Source of the DNA: Peptococcaceae bacterium 1109
GTDB lineage: Bacteria; Bacillota; Limnochordia; Darwinibacteriales; Darwinibacteriaceae
Assembly (NCBI GenBank): GCA_001028815.1
Contig: LDJB01000004.1
Span: forward strand, 13,733 to 77,732
DNA: 64,000 bases
Direction of reading: 5' to 3'
Positions 10,180 through 20,313 of this stretch are shown here, one piece after another. The notes under the pieces are model-generated. The model did no database searches and had not been told where the DNA came from. It was given only the letters and a program-made list of their open reading frames with translations. Both the position numbers and the translations under genes were made by a program. Every line of letters begins with the position of its first letter. Position 1 is the first letter of the stretch.

Positions 10180-11124
10180 CTACTCCTCACCCCCGTCCCG
10201 GAGCTGTTTGCCGGTGAGGGTCAAGAAGACATCCTCCAGCGTCGGTCTTTCGGCGTTTATCCACAGCACACCACCGGCTTTGCTTGCCGCCGCCAAGACT
10301 CTATCCAAGTTGCCAGATCCTACCTGCGTTGTGATGTGGACAACTCTGCCTTCCACAGTCACTCCCTTAACCCCTTCAAGGCTGCGCAGATTCTGGAGCA
10401 GCGGCTCCGTAACATCCGTTACCTCCAGCCGGATTCGCTCCTCATGGCGAATCTGCTCCACCAAGTCGCTGATGGTTCCTTCAGCGATGATGTGTCCTTG
10501 GTCAAGGATTATAACTCGCGACGCAATGGCCTGAACCTCTTCCATGTAGTGTGTCGTGTACAGAACGGTCGTTCCTTGCCTATTTAGCTCCCGAACCGTT
10601 TCCAGGATGTGTCTGCGTGACTGGGGGTCAACGCCAACTGTGGGCTCATCCATGATAATGAGTTCCGGCTCATGCACTAAGGCACAGGCGATATTGAGCC
10701 GCCTGCTCATGCCGCCGGAAAACCTGGATGGAAGTCTGTTAGCATATTCTGTCAGTCCAACGGTCTCCAAGGCTTGTTGAACGCGCTGTTTAAGACTGGC
10801 CCCCCGGAGTCCGTATATCCCGCCAAAAAACTCCAGGTTCTCCCTGGCCGTCAAGTCATGAAAGACCGAGACTTCCTGAGTTACAAAGCCTATGCGTCCC
10901 TTCGTTTCCAGCGGGTTATCTTCCAGCGGCCTCCCAAAGAGCTCAATTTCTCCAGAGTCAACGCCGATCAAGCCTGTTAGGGCATAGAGCAGCGTTGTTT
11001 TCCCGGCACCGTTGGGGCCGAGCAGGCCAACAATTTCTCCCTCGCCCATCTCCATACTGACGTTATCCAGCACCAAATGGGTACCGTAGCGTTTCACGAC
11101 ATCTGACATGCGCGCGATCACCAT
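10180..11124 (-). CDS. ABC transporter ATP-binding protein
   Basis: Walker A (GLLGPNGAGKTTLL), ABC signature (LSGGMSRRLNIACAL) and Walker B (IIMDEPTVGVD). Confidence 0.9.
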   Translation of the reverse strand: MVIARMSDVVKRYGTHLVLDNVSMEMGEGEIVGLLGPNGAGKTTLLYALTGLIGVDSGEIELFGRPLEDNPLETKGRIGFVTQEVSVFHDLTARENLEFFGGIYGLRGASLKQRVQQALETVGLTEYANRLPSRFSGGMSRRLNIACALVHEPELIIMDEPTVGVDPQSRRHILETVRELNRQGTTVLYTTHYMEEVQAIASRVIILDQGHIIAEGTISDLVEQIRHEERIRLEVTDVTEPLLQNLRSLEGVKGVTVEGRVVHITTQVGSGNLDRVLAAASKAGGVLWINAERPTLEDVFLTLTGKQLRDGGEE

Positions 11125-11331
11125 GTGGCTCCTCCTCGCTTCGTCCTTCCGTTGCTGTCATAATACCAAGAACGAATGCTGGTTTGTAGTGACAAATGTA
11201 ACGAGTTGCGCGCCATGTATGCCCGAGGGAATCGGCCATTTGATCTTCTCTGTACGCTACCGGTTGCTTGCTGCAGCCTGGGGGCAGCTCTTCTCTCAGA
11301 ACTCCCAGGCTTGTTACTTCCCCAACCCTTC

Positions 11332-12498
11332 CTAGACTGTGCTTGAACTAATATTCGAAAGTTCCCTTAGGATATCCTCCAGTTCTTGGAGAAACGCCGA
11401 GTCTGCCAACCGTTCATCTCTGCCCCGCTTTACAGCCCTCCCAAGCCGGAGGATGATGGATGCTAACTGCTCCACTGGACTTCTTAACCTGGATTCTTGA
11501 GCAAACGTATGCGTACCAATCAGGCATACCGCGTCGATCTCGTTAAAACCTGGAACTTGATCAGTTCGGAGCACCAGTCGAACCTGGCGTGCAGGGACGT
11601 TCACTTTGGTATTCTCGATGTACAGGATGCGAGACTCTTGTGGAGCGGTTTGAGCCGTACCCTCCCAGATAACGTGAGCCCTGCCGGTTTCATCAATTAT
11701 CTCCGCCTTGACGATAGCCCCTGGATTATAGGTTTCATACACGTCAATGCGCTGCACATGCACGGCCTCGTCGTAGAAGAGCTCAACCCATTCCTCACCG
11801 CCATCGCTATAAGCGGCGGTCCAGGCTCTATCGTAGTCGCCATATTTGGGATAGACATCGGGTACGCCGGTCATGTGCTCAGGAGTCCACCGGTCTACTC
11901 GGTATTGACTGCTGGCTTTGGCTGCGCTTGCCCACTGGACTACTATGTCGGACTGCCCGAGAGTTTGAGGCCAGGGCGAATTGCGGCTGCCGGTGATGCT
12001 CACTGCGTCGATCTCGTTCCAACCACTAACGGAGTCCGTATCCAACGTGATCCGCACTCGTTGGCACGGTACCGTAACGATGCCGTTCTTCACACTAAAT
12101 ACCCTTGCGCTGCCTCCAGCCGATCCTCCTGTACTGTCCCAGAGCAGGTGCCAGCGTCCTGTCGTGTCTAGCAGCTCCACCTTTACCGTCGCGCCTGCAT
12201 TAAAGGTTTCGTAGATGTCCACACTCTCTACATAAACAGCCTCAGCGAATCCCAGTTCTGCCCACTGAAGGCCGTTGTTCCTGCTAGAGGGTGCCCAAGC
12301 ACGCCCATAGTCTCCGTAGTTGGGGTATACATCAGGCTCCCCTAACATCTGCTGCGCTGACCAGTCCCCACTTCCATACTCACTGCTGGCAGTGACTGAT
12401 ATGGCCCATTGCGTAAAAGACTGGCACTGGGCCTTACCGATAGTGGCCAACAAGACTAACACAGCGAGGAGCGAAATCATCCACCAGTTTCTTGTCAT
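11332..12498 (-). CDS. Membrane-anchored or secreted protein with two tandem ~150-aa beta-rich domains of unknown function
   Basis: The preferred start is MTRNWWMISLLAVLVLLATIG at 12498, which has a GAGGGGGGAAG RBS. Two internal repeats share DVYP(N/K)YGDY(G/D)RAW...W(A/V)EL...Y(V/Q)..(V/I)D(I/V)YET(F/Y)N(A/P)GA(T/I)VK.E(L/I).D.TGR.H..W...GWNEIDAV. The longer ORF extending to 12747 adds an unlikely N-terminus. Confidence 0.6.
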   Translation of the reverse strand: MTRNWWMISLLAVLVLLATIGKAQCQSFTQWAISVTASSEYGSGDWSAQQMLGEPDVYPNYGDYGRAWAPSSRNNGLQWAELGFAEAVYVESVDIYETFNAGATVKVELLDTTGRWHLLWDSTGGSAGGSARVFSVKNGIVTVPCQRVRITLDTDSVSGWNEIDAVSITGSRNSPWPQTLGQSDIVVQWASAAKASSQYRVDRWTPEHMTGVPDVYPKYGDYDRAWTAAYSDGGEEWVELFYDEAVHVQRIDVYETYNPGAIVKAEIIDETGRAHVIWEGTAQTAPQESRILYIENTKVNVPARQVRLVLRTDQVPGFNEIDAVCLIGTHTFAQESRLRSPVEQLASIILRLGRAVKRGRDERLADSAFLQELEDILRELSNISSSTV

Positions 12499-12798
12499 TC
12501 TTCTTCCCCCCTCGTCGTGCGGTGTGATACCGAACACGGTCGCCTCGACCCGATCTCCCTGGATGATCCGATTTGCTTTGCCCCTCTCATCCCCCACCTC
12601 AGCCGCAAGGCCAACCCTACTGCGGATCCAGCTTGTGTGTTTTCTCATATCCACCTCTCCCCTTCCGGTAGCTGTGCCTTTAGCATAACGCCTCAGCGTG
12701 GACATGCCATCCCCTGTTCGGCGGAGAACATAAGAAAACACCCTCATACTTTAGTATGAGGGCGACGTAAACTCCAGCTAGCGACATGTCAGATGTCT

Positions 12799-14979
12799 TC
12801 AATCAAGTTCGCCGAGGATGATTATGGAATTGTACTCCGTAATGGCCAGCTGGTCTCCTGCAGGTGACCAGGCGAGAGACTGGAGGCCAAGTTCTTGGCC
12901 GGGATACGTGTAGAGGACTTCCCCCGTCTTAACATCCCAAATACGTACAGTGCCACTGTGGCTGCCTCCTGCAAGATAACGCCCGCAGGGGGACCACTCC
13001 ACAACGGTAACTACGCTGTCATCGCCGGACAGAGTCCGCTCAACTCTATCTGTCTCCAGATCCCAGATGTAAATCTTCCGATCATAGCCCGAGCTTGCTA
13101 AGTGCTTGCCATCGGGAGACCAAGCAAGCGATTGCACCCAGCCATTGTGGCCCTGGAGCCTCTTAATTTCCTCCCCAGTCGTGCCACTGTAGACATGCAC
13201 AGCCTGATCGTAGCCGCCAAAGGCGACTTGATCACCCCGGGGAGACCAAGCAACGGTAGTCAGCCAACCCTGAGGGTTCTGGATGCCTACAAGTTGGGTT
13301 CTGGTAGGAACATCCCAGATGGCAACGGTCTGGTCCCAGCTGGCACTGGCAAGCCGCTTGCCATCTGGCGCCCAGCTTATGGAGAAGACTATGTCTTCGT
13401 GGCTGACGGATTTTAGCCCAACCGCGAACTCAAATCCCCGGGAATGAACAAACGGTTTCTTGATGCGTTCAGTGAAAGCACCAACGTACTCTCCATCGCC
13501 AGTCATATTCCAAAGCCGCACTAGGAAATCATGCCCGCCGCTTGCGAGATGAGTCCCATCGGGTGACCATGCCAAAACTTCCAAAGGCCCGCTGTGGCTG
13601 GGGCGCAGCTGCATCCTTTCCTTCCGTATCTGCAGGTCCCAGATTCGGATCGTTCCTTCTTCTCCACCCGATGCCAGATAATCACCCTGAGGTGACCAGG
13701 CCAAAGCCTTAACCGCACGGGTATGGCCTGCGATCCTCAGGATGTTCTCCCCTGGGACTGCGGACCAAAGGTCAATGATACCTCTATAGCTCCCACTAGC
13801 CAGCACATGCGACGTATTGCCCCAGTCCAGGGCCAGCACTTCACTGCCCACATTGATGCTCCGCACCAATTCTTGCCCTTCCACGTCCCAAACCTGGATC
13901 AACCTATCTGTACCAGCTGCAAGGTACCGCCCATCGTAGGACCACCTTAAGTCTGTAATGCCGCCACGGTATTGGGCAAGGGAGATCTCCTCTCCTGTTT
14001 CGAAGTTGAGGACCCTCAAGGAACCGTTCCCCAGCCCAAGGGCTACTAAGGAGCCTTCTTGCGCAGCAGATAGTGACATGATCTTATCCTTCATCTTGTA
14101 CTCAGCATGAAGTTCCCCTGACTCCGCCTCCCACACCTTGAGGCTCAGACCATCGCCGCCGCTGAGCAAATACCGGCCGTCGGGGGACCAAGCAACAGCC
14201 CTCACCCAGCCCTCATGAGCCAGCGTGTGGAGTTCACTGGCCGTAGCAAAATCCCAGATCCTTACCTTACTGTCCCAACCAGAACTGGCCAGTTTCATCC
14301 CGTCGGGTGACCACGCCAAATCAGTGAGGGAGTCTGTATGGCCAGCCAAAGCCTTGACTTCTACGCCCGTCTGCCAATCCCAGATCTTGATCTTGCCGTC
14401 TCTCCCACCGCCGGCTAGGTAGTGGCTTTGGGGAGAAAACGCAACCACCTTAACAGCGCTTGCGTGGCCGCTCATGGTCCTCACTAGCTGCCCATCATCT
14501 GTTCTCCAGATCCTGATCGTCCGATCATTGCCGCCACTTGCGATATACTGATCATCCGCGGAAAAGGCTATTGCCTCAACCCAGTCCCGGTGGCTGGCGA
14601 AGGAAAACTGGGCTCCCCATCTGGCGAAGTTAGGTTCCGCCCAGGGATGGGCTGCAAACTCCAACTCCCGGGCATCTTCCACCACCTGCTTTTCCGGGGC
14701 AAAACTGTAACCGGCTTTGCGGGGGATGATCACTGTATCACTCTCAGCAGCAATTTCGAAATACCCTTCCCTATCTGTCTCCAGATACGCCCCGGTTCCA
14801 TCCAGGATCAAGAGGCTCACGCCCTCCAAACCCGCTCCGGGATCTTCCGCCAAGACCACCCGCCCCGCGATCGTGCTCTTCTCCGGCACTGAAGTACCGC
14901 TTTGCACGCAGCCGCTAATTGGCAGGACAAGTAACATCAAACCAACCATCAAGGAAAGGCACTTAGACGTTCTGTTCAT
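12799..14979 (-). CDS. WD40-repeat lipoprotein with an N-terminal carboxypeptidase-regulatory-like domain
   Basis: Lipobox (LLVLPISGC), then a ~80-aa beta-sandwich-like segment (AGRVVLAED...GYFEI). At least 12 WD40-like repeats follow, recurring as GH(T/S)..V..(L/V)A(W/F)SPDG..LASG(S/G).D..(I/V)(R/K)(I/L)WD. Confidence 0.85.
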   Translation of the reverse strand: MNRTSKCLSLMVGLMLLVLPISGCVQSGTSVPEKSTIAGRVVLAEDPGAGLEGVSLLILDGTGAYLETDREGYFEIAAESDTVIIPRKAGYSFAPEKQVVEDARELEFAAHPWAEPNFARWGAQFSFASHRDWVEAIAFSADDQYIASGGNDRTIRIWRTDDGQLVRTMSGHASAVKVVAFSPQSHYLAGGGRDGKIKIWDWQTGVEVKALAGHTDSLTDLAWSPDGMKLASSGWDSKVRIWDFATASELHTLAHEGWVRAVAWSPDGRYLLSGGDGLSLKVWEAESGELHAEYKMKDKIMSLSAAQEGSLVALGLGNGSLRVLNFETGEEISLAQYRGGITDLRWSYDGRYLAAGTDRLIQVWDVEGQELVRSINVGSEVLALDWGNTSHVLASGSYRGIIDLWSAVPGENILRIAGHTRAVKALAWSPQGDYLASGGEEGTIRIWDLQIRKERMQLRPSHSGPLEVLAWSPDGTHLASGGHDFLVRLWNMTGDGEYVGAFTERIKKPFVHSRGFEFAVGLKSVSHEDIVFSISWAPDGKRLASASWDQTVAIWDVPTRTQLVGIQNPQGWLTTVAWSPRGDQVAFGGYDQAVHVYSGTTGEEIKRLQGHNGWVQSLAWSPDGKHLASSGYDRKIYIWDLETDRVERTLSGDDSVVTVVEWSPCGRYLAGGSHSGTVRIWDVKTGEVLYTYPGQELGLQSLAWSPAGDQLAITEYNSIIILGELD

Positions 14980-15022
14980 GGCATATCCCCTTTATCTTGT
15001 TTGTGGCACAGTACACACCAAC

Positions 15023-15400
15023 TCAGCAGGAGATATCCCTGCCGCTCCTCCACTGGGCGATAGCTGCTTGGATGAACTCCTCAAGCCCAGTTTTCTCCAT
15101 GTCAACAGACTTGCCGATGCGAATGCATCCCTTCCCTGTGTTAAACGGTTTGAGCAATGTGTCAGCATTTTCGATTTTGTCGATGTCGCCCACATACAGA
15201 CTCACAAAATGCTTTTGGGCGTTGAGGCCGAACACCCCCTCATCTCCCGTACCATAGTACAACATCTTGTACCTAATACTCTCCTCAAGCTCCGGGCCGT
15301 ACAGCAAAATGAGCCGGCGGACCTCGAGGAGCTTTTCCTTCCTCCAGTCATCTTCAAGCACTTCAAGGTACTCCTCAGGGGTCTTTACATCATATTGCAT
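15023..15400 (-). CDS. DUF1801 (YdhG-like) domain protein
   Basis: 125 aa. MQYDVKTPEEYLEVLEDDWRKEKLLEVRRLIL...GKGCIRIGKSVDMEKTGLEEFIQAAI is typical of the DUF1801 family. The call rests on a remembered family pattern. Confidence 0.55.
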   Translation of the reverse strand: MQYDVKTPEEYLEVLEDDWRKEKLLEVRRLILLYGPELEESIRYKMLYYGTGDEGVFGLNAQKHFVSLYVGDIDKIENADTLLKPFNTGKGCIRIGKSVDMEKTGLEEFIQAAIAQWRSGRDISC

Positions 15401-15542
15401 CGCCTACACCCTCTCCACCAGCACCATGCCGGCAGGAATCACTCGCTTCTGACACCATAATACCACACAATGAAAAACCCTTGTACATTGTGCTTATAAC
15501 ACAAATGACACAAGGGTTCAGTCCAGCTTACCCAGCTCCAGC

Positions 15543-15575
15543 AAAAAAACCCTACCTTTCGGCAGGGTTCGCTGC
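15543..15575 (-). terminator. Rho-independent terminator downstream of the MBL-hydrolase gene
   Basis: The minus-strand RNA reads AACCCUGCC-GAAA-GGUAGGGUU followed by a U-run (plus strand aaaaaaaccctacctttcggcagggtt). Confidence 0.55.
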
Positions 15576-15583
15576 AGCGCTTT

Positions 15584-16549
15584 TTAGTTCAAGAGCCCAC
15601 TGTTCCGATCAAACTGGGTCAGGATGAAATACTCGCCATCGCCAGCGGTAGAGACAAGCACCGCACCATCAATGCTGGTAACGAAGGTTTGGGCGCCCAT
15701 GCGCTGCCATGAGCGATAGGTCATCAGGTCTGCAATAGCATCGTGCATCATCACAGCGACCTGTGGATCCACCGCATCCCGGAAGCGCTTGGTGGAAGAA
15801 GTGTTGGCGCCATGGTGATTCACCTTCACCACTCCGGACTTCAGCCGTTCGCCGTGGCGTGCCACCAAGTCCCGCTCTGCCGCAGTGTAGAGATCACCAC
15901 AGAAGAGAAAGCTAGACTCACCGTAAGTCAGTTTCATCGCAAGGGACAAGTTGTTCACAAACTGCGTGCTGTTCTCTGGATACCCCTGGTAGTACTCGAT
16001 GCCCGGCGCAGGATGGAACACTTCCACCAGCACATGGCCACCGAACATAAACGAATCACCTTCAGCCAAAATAATGTGAGGTACCTGGGTTTCCTCAATT
16101 GCCCGCATGTAGTTGTTGTAGTGCGACGTGGGGTACTCCACTTCGGAAGTGTAGACTGCCCCAATGTCGTAGTTGTAAATTAGCTGGGCAAAGCCACCAA
16201 TGTGATCTACATGAGGATGAGAAGCTACCAGGTAATCGATCCTGGTGATCCCCAGAGACTTCAGGGCCCGATCAATGTCTGGATACGTACTGGGATTCCC
16301 CGCATCGATCATCATCACAAAGCCATCTGGGGAAATCAGAATAGTGGCATCGCCGCTCTTATCATCACTTCTCGTGGTGAGCTGAAGGAAGCGGGCAGTC
16401 AATCGGCCAGCGTCCTGCGATGGATCAAAAACCTCAGCATAGCGGTCAATCTGCTCGTCCGCCAGCGCCACTGCAGCCAGCGCGAAGGCGAGGCAAAGAA
16501 CGAGGACTGCGATCCGCCGCAGATCATTCCGGCGCAGCAGGTTCATCAT
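15584..16549 (-). CDS. MBL-fold metallo-hydrolase, secreted
   Basis: Signal peptide, then the VASHPHVDHIGG metal-binding motif (HxHxDH). Confidence 0.8.
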   Translation of the reverse strand: MMNLLRRNDLRRIAVLVLCLAFALAAVALADEQIDRYAEVFDPSQDAGRLTARFLQLTTRSDDKSGDATILISPDGFVMMIDAGNPSTYPDIDRALKSLGITRIDYLVASHPHVDHIGGFAQLIYNYDIGAVYTSEVEYPTSHYNNYMRAIEETQVPHIILAEGDSFMFGGHVLVEVFHPAPGIEYYQGYPENSTQFVNNLSLAMKLTYGESSFLFCGDLYTAAERDLVARHGERLKSGVVKVNHHGANTSSTKRFRDAVDPQVAVMMHDAIADLMTYRSWQRMGAQTFVTSIDGAVLVSTAGDGEYFILTQFDRNSGLLN

Positions 16550-16561
16550 GGGTAAGCCCCC

Positions 16562-17701
16562 CTATTTCATTGCAGCCTTGCTCATACCAGTCATAATGTA
16601 CTTCTGCAGTACCAGGAACAGGACTACGATGGGAATAATGGCCATAACTGCACCAGCCATGATCTCATTGTAGTTGGCCGTCTCCATACCAGCAAAGGTT
16701 TGGCGCAGCCTGACCACACCAACTGCTACGGTGCGGTACGCATCTTGAGTGACAACCATCTTAGGCCAGAAGTAGCTGTTCCAGCCGTTGATAAACGAGA
16801 TGATAGAAATGGTGATCAGCGTTGGGGCACACATCGGGCAGAGTACATGCACGATCAGCCCAATGCGGGTCAAGCCGTCCACTCGCCCTGCATCTAGGTA
16901 GCTGTCATCCACAGACATGAACGCCTGGCGGAGCATGAAGATGAAGTAAGCACTGACTAAGTTTGGGACGATCAATCCCGGATAGCTGTTCACCCAGCCC
17001 ACACGGGAGACCATCACATAGATGGGAACGAATGTAACTTGAATGGGGATCATCAGGGCTCCCAAGACCAACAGGAACAGGAAGTTCTTACCCTTAAACT
17101 GCCCCTTCGAGAAGCCGTAGGCAGCCAATACCCCGAGGACCACTTCCCCCGCCATCATGAAGAACGTTGTGATCAAGGTGTTCATCAGGTAGCGTAGGAA
17201 CGGTGCTCGCTGCAGGACGCTGGGGAAGTTCTCCCACTGAAACTCCTTCGGCCACAAAGTGGGAACGGGAAGCAGCAGTTCCGTACTGGTCTTCAGCGAT
17301 GAGATGACCATCCAGTAAATGGGAAACAACATCACCAAAGTGATGGCAATGGCCGCAACATACTGCAGCCCCACCTTTACGTTGTCAATGCGCTTCTTGG
17401 CGCCGATGGAGATCCGATCCTCCAGACTGCAGGAAACTGCAAGAAGCAAGAACCCGATGATGGTTGCGGCCAAGGTATAGGAGCCCACCATAACAAAGCT
17501 GTCCCTGGACTTGGCAAACCATCCCAACGCTTGATTTATCTCATAAGGAGTTAAGCCTTCCGGCATTTTGCTCATCTGGACATTGTACTGGATGAAGCCC
17601 ACAGCTCCAATGAGCAGCAAAGCGAGGGAACCGATGAGGGCGTAGACCAGGAGATCAAACCAGCCGGCCTGGCGCATCTTTAAGAACAAAGAATCTGTCA
17701 C
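16562..17701 (-). CDS. Carbohydrate ABC transporter permease (MalG/BPD_transp_1 type) with an N-terminal extension
   Basis: Polytopic membrane protein, last gene of the SBP-permease-permease arrangement. Its N-terminal extension of ~120 aa is unusually long. Confidence 0.8.
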   Translation of the reverse strand: MTDSLFLKMRQAGWFDLLVYALIGSLALLLIGAVGFIQYNVQMSKMPEGLTPYEINQALGWFAKSRDSFVMVGSYTLAATIIGFLLLAVSCSLEDRISIGAKKRIDNVKVGLQYVAAIAITLVMLFPIYWMVISSLKTSTELLLPVPTLWPKEFQWENFPSVLQRAPFLRYLMNTLITTFFMMAGEVVLGVLAAYGFSKGQFKGKNFLFLLVLGALMIPIQVTFVPIYVMVSRVGWVNSYPGLIVPNLVSAYFIFMLRQAFMSVDDSYLDAGRVDGLTRIGLIVHVLCPMCAPTLITISIISFINGWNSYFWPKMVVTQDAYRTVAVGVVRLRQTFAGMETANYNEIMAGAVMAIIPIVVLFLVLQKYIMTGMSKAAMK

Positions 17702-17720
17702 AGTCTCTTCCTCCTTCCGC

Positions 17721-18962
17721 CTACGAATCGTAACTTACTGACCGGTTTGACCAACGCATGGTGGCGGCCGTGCAAACCAAGAGAATGATGAAGAATACCA
17801 CAGAAACGGCTGCGGAACGCCCTGCCCGGTAATCACTAAACGACAGGTTGTAGATCCACTGCACTAACACGTTGGTGGCCCTTCCCGGACCGCCGCCGGT
17901 CATAACGTCCACAGACTGGAAGACCTTCATGCTGGCGATGAACGTGGTTACGAACAGGAATAGGGTAGTCGGAGCCAGCATGGGGATTGTAATGAAGCGG
18001 AAGCGCTGCACAGCATCTGCGCCGTCGATGGCCGCGGCCTCGTAGTAATCCTTGGGAATACCCTGCATTGCCGAGAGATAGATCATCATGGCATACCCAA
18101 CAACACGCCAGGCCGTCAAGATCAGGACACCAGTCAGAGCTGTCTTCGCATCAACCAACCAGTTTGGGCCTTTGAAGCCAAAGAGAGATAGAACGTAGTT
18201 TAAGATACCATAGTTACCGTTGAGAATCCAGATAAACACAATCGCGCTGGTCGAGACAGCAATATACTTGGGCATGAAAACGATGGTCCGCATCCCGTGA
18301 AACGCTTTGGACATACGGTTAAACAACAGTGCCAGGAGCATACCGCCCGCTAAGGTGATGACCAGCTCCCAGAAGGTGTAGGTCATGGTGATGAACAAGG
18401 ATTCCTTAAAAATCTTCCATCCGGACTTCAAAAACAGCCATTCGTAGTTCTTCAAACCAATAAAAGGCTGAGGATCAGCAACTAGCATGCGCATGTCAGT
18501 AAAACTGATCCGCACAAGGTCAATAACAGGGTAGTAAACAAACAGCAGGAAGAAGAATACGGCAGGCTGAACCGTAAACATGTCCTTCATGCGTTCCCAG
18601 GACTGGATGCGCAGCATAATCCCATTAAAGACAAAAAAGATCCCCACGAGAAAGACGAGGATAGCACTATCCATGAGCAGGCTGACCAGCCGCATGGGCA
18701 CTGTTCCCCGGCCTTCCCCGAGCAAATCCACGGTACCGGTAATGGCCCGTTCCTCTGTCCGGGCTTCGCGGCGAGCCGAGTAAACTTCTTTGGCAATGGG
18801 CTGGAGGGGCTCATAGTTCAGGTCCCCCATCAAGTAGCCAAACACGCCTACAACGACTAGTAGAATTCCTAAGACAATCAAAACCGCAGATGTAACTTTT
18901 GCCGCTTGTGTCACATGCGGATTTCCTAAACGGGTCTGAATGCTCACTTTTCCCCACCTCAA
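17721..18962 (-). CDS. Carbohydrate ABC transporter permease (MalF type) with an N-terminal extension
   Basis: Six or more TM segments and the EAAxIDGA-like motif (YEAAAIDGADAVQRFRFITIPM). Confidence 0.85.
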   Translation of the reverse strand: MRWGKVSIQTRLGNPHVTQAAKVTSAVLIVLGILLVVVGVFGYLMGDLNYEPLQPIAKEVYSARREARTEERAITGTVDLLGEGRGTVPMRLVSLLMDSAILVFLVGIFFVFNGIMLRIQSWERMKDMFTVQPAVFFFLLFVYYPVIDLVRISFTDMRMLVADPQPFIGLKNYEWLFLKSGWKIFKESLFITMTYTFWELVITLAGGMLLALLFNRMSKAFHGMRTIVFMPKYIAVSTSAIVFIWILNGNYGILNYVLSLFGFKGPNWLVDAKTALTGVLILTAWRVVGYAMMIYLSAMQGIPKDYYEAAAIDGADAVQRFRFITIPMLAPTTLFLFVTTFIASMKVFQSVDVMTGGGPGRATNVLVQWIYNLSFSDYRAGRSAAVSVVFFIILLVCTAATMRWSNRSVSYDS

Positions 18963-19023
18963 ATATAATCGAGGGGGATAGAAATCCTCCCCCTCAAAGT
19001 CAATGTCTCAGTGCCAGAAGAGC

Positions 19024-20313
19024 TTAATAGTCTTCCAGAATCTCCTCAACGATTTCTGCCAGTTCATCCAAGGTGGCCTGGATTGGGGCGTCTTCATTGA
19101 AGATCAGATTCAGGTGATTCCGCCATTCTGTAGCAATGGTGACGTAAGCAGGATGCTGGTTCCGTGGGTTAATCCAGGAACTCATGGAGACAACGTTCTT
19201 CATCTCAGGCTTGCGCTCGAGGTACTCTTCATACTCTGGAGTTCCCATGACGCTCTGGCGTGTTGGGAAGTAACCAGTCTTGTCAGCCCAGTAAAGGTTG
19301 ATTTCGGGGCTGGTCATGAACATGATGAACTGCCATGCTGCGTTCTTCTGCCGCTGGGAAGCAACTTCGGGAACGATGATGATACCGCCGCCTACTTCGC
19401 TCAGGAAGCTGGTGCCATCAATGCTGCCAGGCAGCCAAGCCATGCCGACTTCAAACTTGTCGCCAACTTGGTCTACATAGGTGTCATACAGGGAGCTGGT
19501 GTGGAACACGCTGAAAGCTTGGTTATCCCAGAAATGCTGCCGCATGTTGGAAGAAGCAGCGGTGCCGTATGCGTAGTAAGCGTATCCCTTGTCCATCCAT
19601 TCCTTCAGCTTGGAGGTGATATACACGGACTGCTCACCGTTGAGGTCAGTGGTCATGCCGTCATCATTGATCACCTTTACGCCGTTGTTCAGGTAAAGTG
19701 TCTCATAGTACCAGTGGTCCCAACCAGGGATTACGGTACCGTAGCGCTTAGTGGTGCCATCTTCGTTGAACAGGGTAGCCTTAGCCAAGAAGTCGTCCAT
19801 GTCGGCGAAAGTCTTGGGCATCTCGATGCCTTCTTCCTCAGCCGCGGTCTTATCATAATAGATGACCTGGGTGGAGATGACGTATGGCAGGGCGATCTGT
19901 TTCCCTTCATAGCTGGTGGAAAGGATGAGGCCCTCACCAAAGTCTTCCACATCGTAGTTGTAGGCCTCAATGTATGGATCCAGGACTTCCAGAATACCTG
20001 CTTCAGCAAAGTATGCAGGCTCGGAACTGTTTACGGTTGCGATAGCAGGTACTTGGCCAGAAGCAACCGCAGCAATTAACTGGGTCTTAATCTCGCCATA
20101 GCTGCCAATGTAAACAGGTTCAACTGTCACATATGGATGCTCTTCGTTAAAGCGGTCGACCATATACATCAGATATGGTGTAAGTTGTTCTTCATGGGCA
20201 TGCCACCACTGGATGGTGATGGGCTCGGTCACATCATAAGGATTTGCAAAGGCGATGCCAGCGGCCGAAACTGCCATTACTAGCGCAAGCATCAAAGTCA
20301 ACAGTCTCTTCAT
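19024..20313 (-). CDS. Extracellular solute-binding protein of a carbohydrate ABC transporter
   Basis: 429 aa with a signal peptide (MKRLLTLMLALVMAVSAAGIAFA). It is Trp/Tyr-rich in the way family 1 SBPs are, and sits first in the operon with the two permeases. Confidence 0.85.
   Translation of the reverse strand: MKRLLTLMLALVMAVSAAGIAFANPYDVTEPITIQWWHAHEEQLTPYLMYMVDRFNEEHPYVTVEPVYIGSYGEIKTQLIAAVASGQVPAIATVNSSEPAYFAEAGILEVLDPYIEAYNYDVEDFGEGLILSTSYEGKQIALPYVISTQVIYYDKTAAEEEGIEMPKTFADMDDFLAKATLFNEDGTTKRYGTVIPGWDHWYYETLYLNNGVKVINDDGMTTDLNGEQSVYITSKLKEWMDKGYAYYAYGTAASSNMRQHFWDNQAFSVFHTSSLYDTYVDQVGDKFEVGMAWLPGSIDGTSFLSEVGGGIIIVPEVASQRQKNAAWQFIMFMTSPEINLYWADKTGYFPTRQSVMGTPEYEEYLERKPEMKNVVSMSSWINPRNQHPAYVTIATEWRNHLNLIFNEDAPIQATLDELAEIVEEILEDY

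Noticed and set aside
14717-15460. 247-aa plus-strand ORF spanning the WD40 gene start and the DUF1801 gene
   Set aside because: It is antisense to two convincing genes and crosses an intergenic region. It has no recognisable domain.
19003-20079. 358-aa plus-strand ORF antisense to the solute-binding protein gene
   Set aside because: It is a mirror ORF of a strongly supported SBP gene. It has no domain signal.
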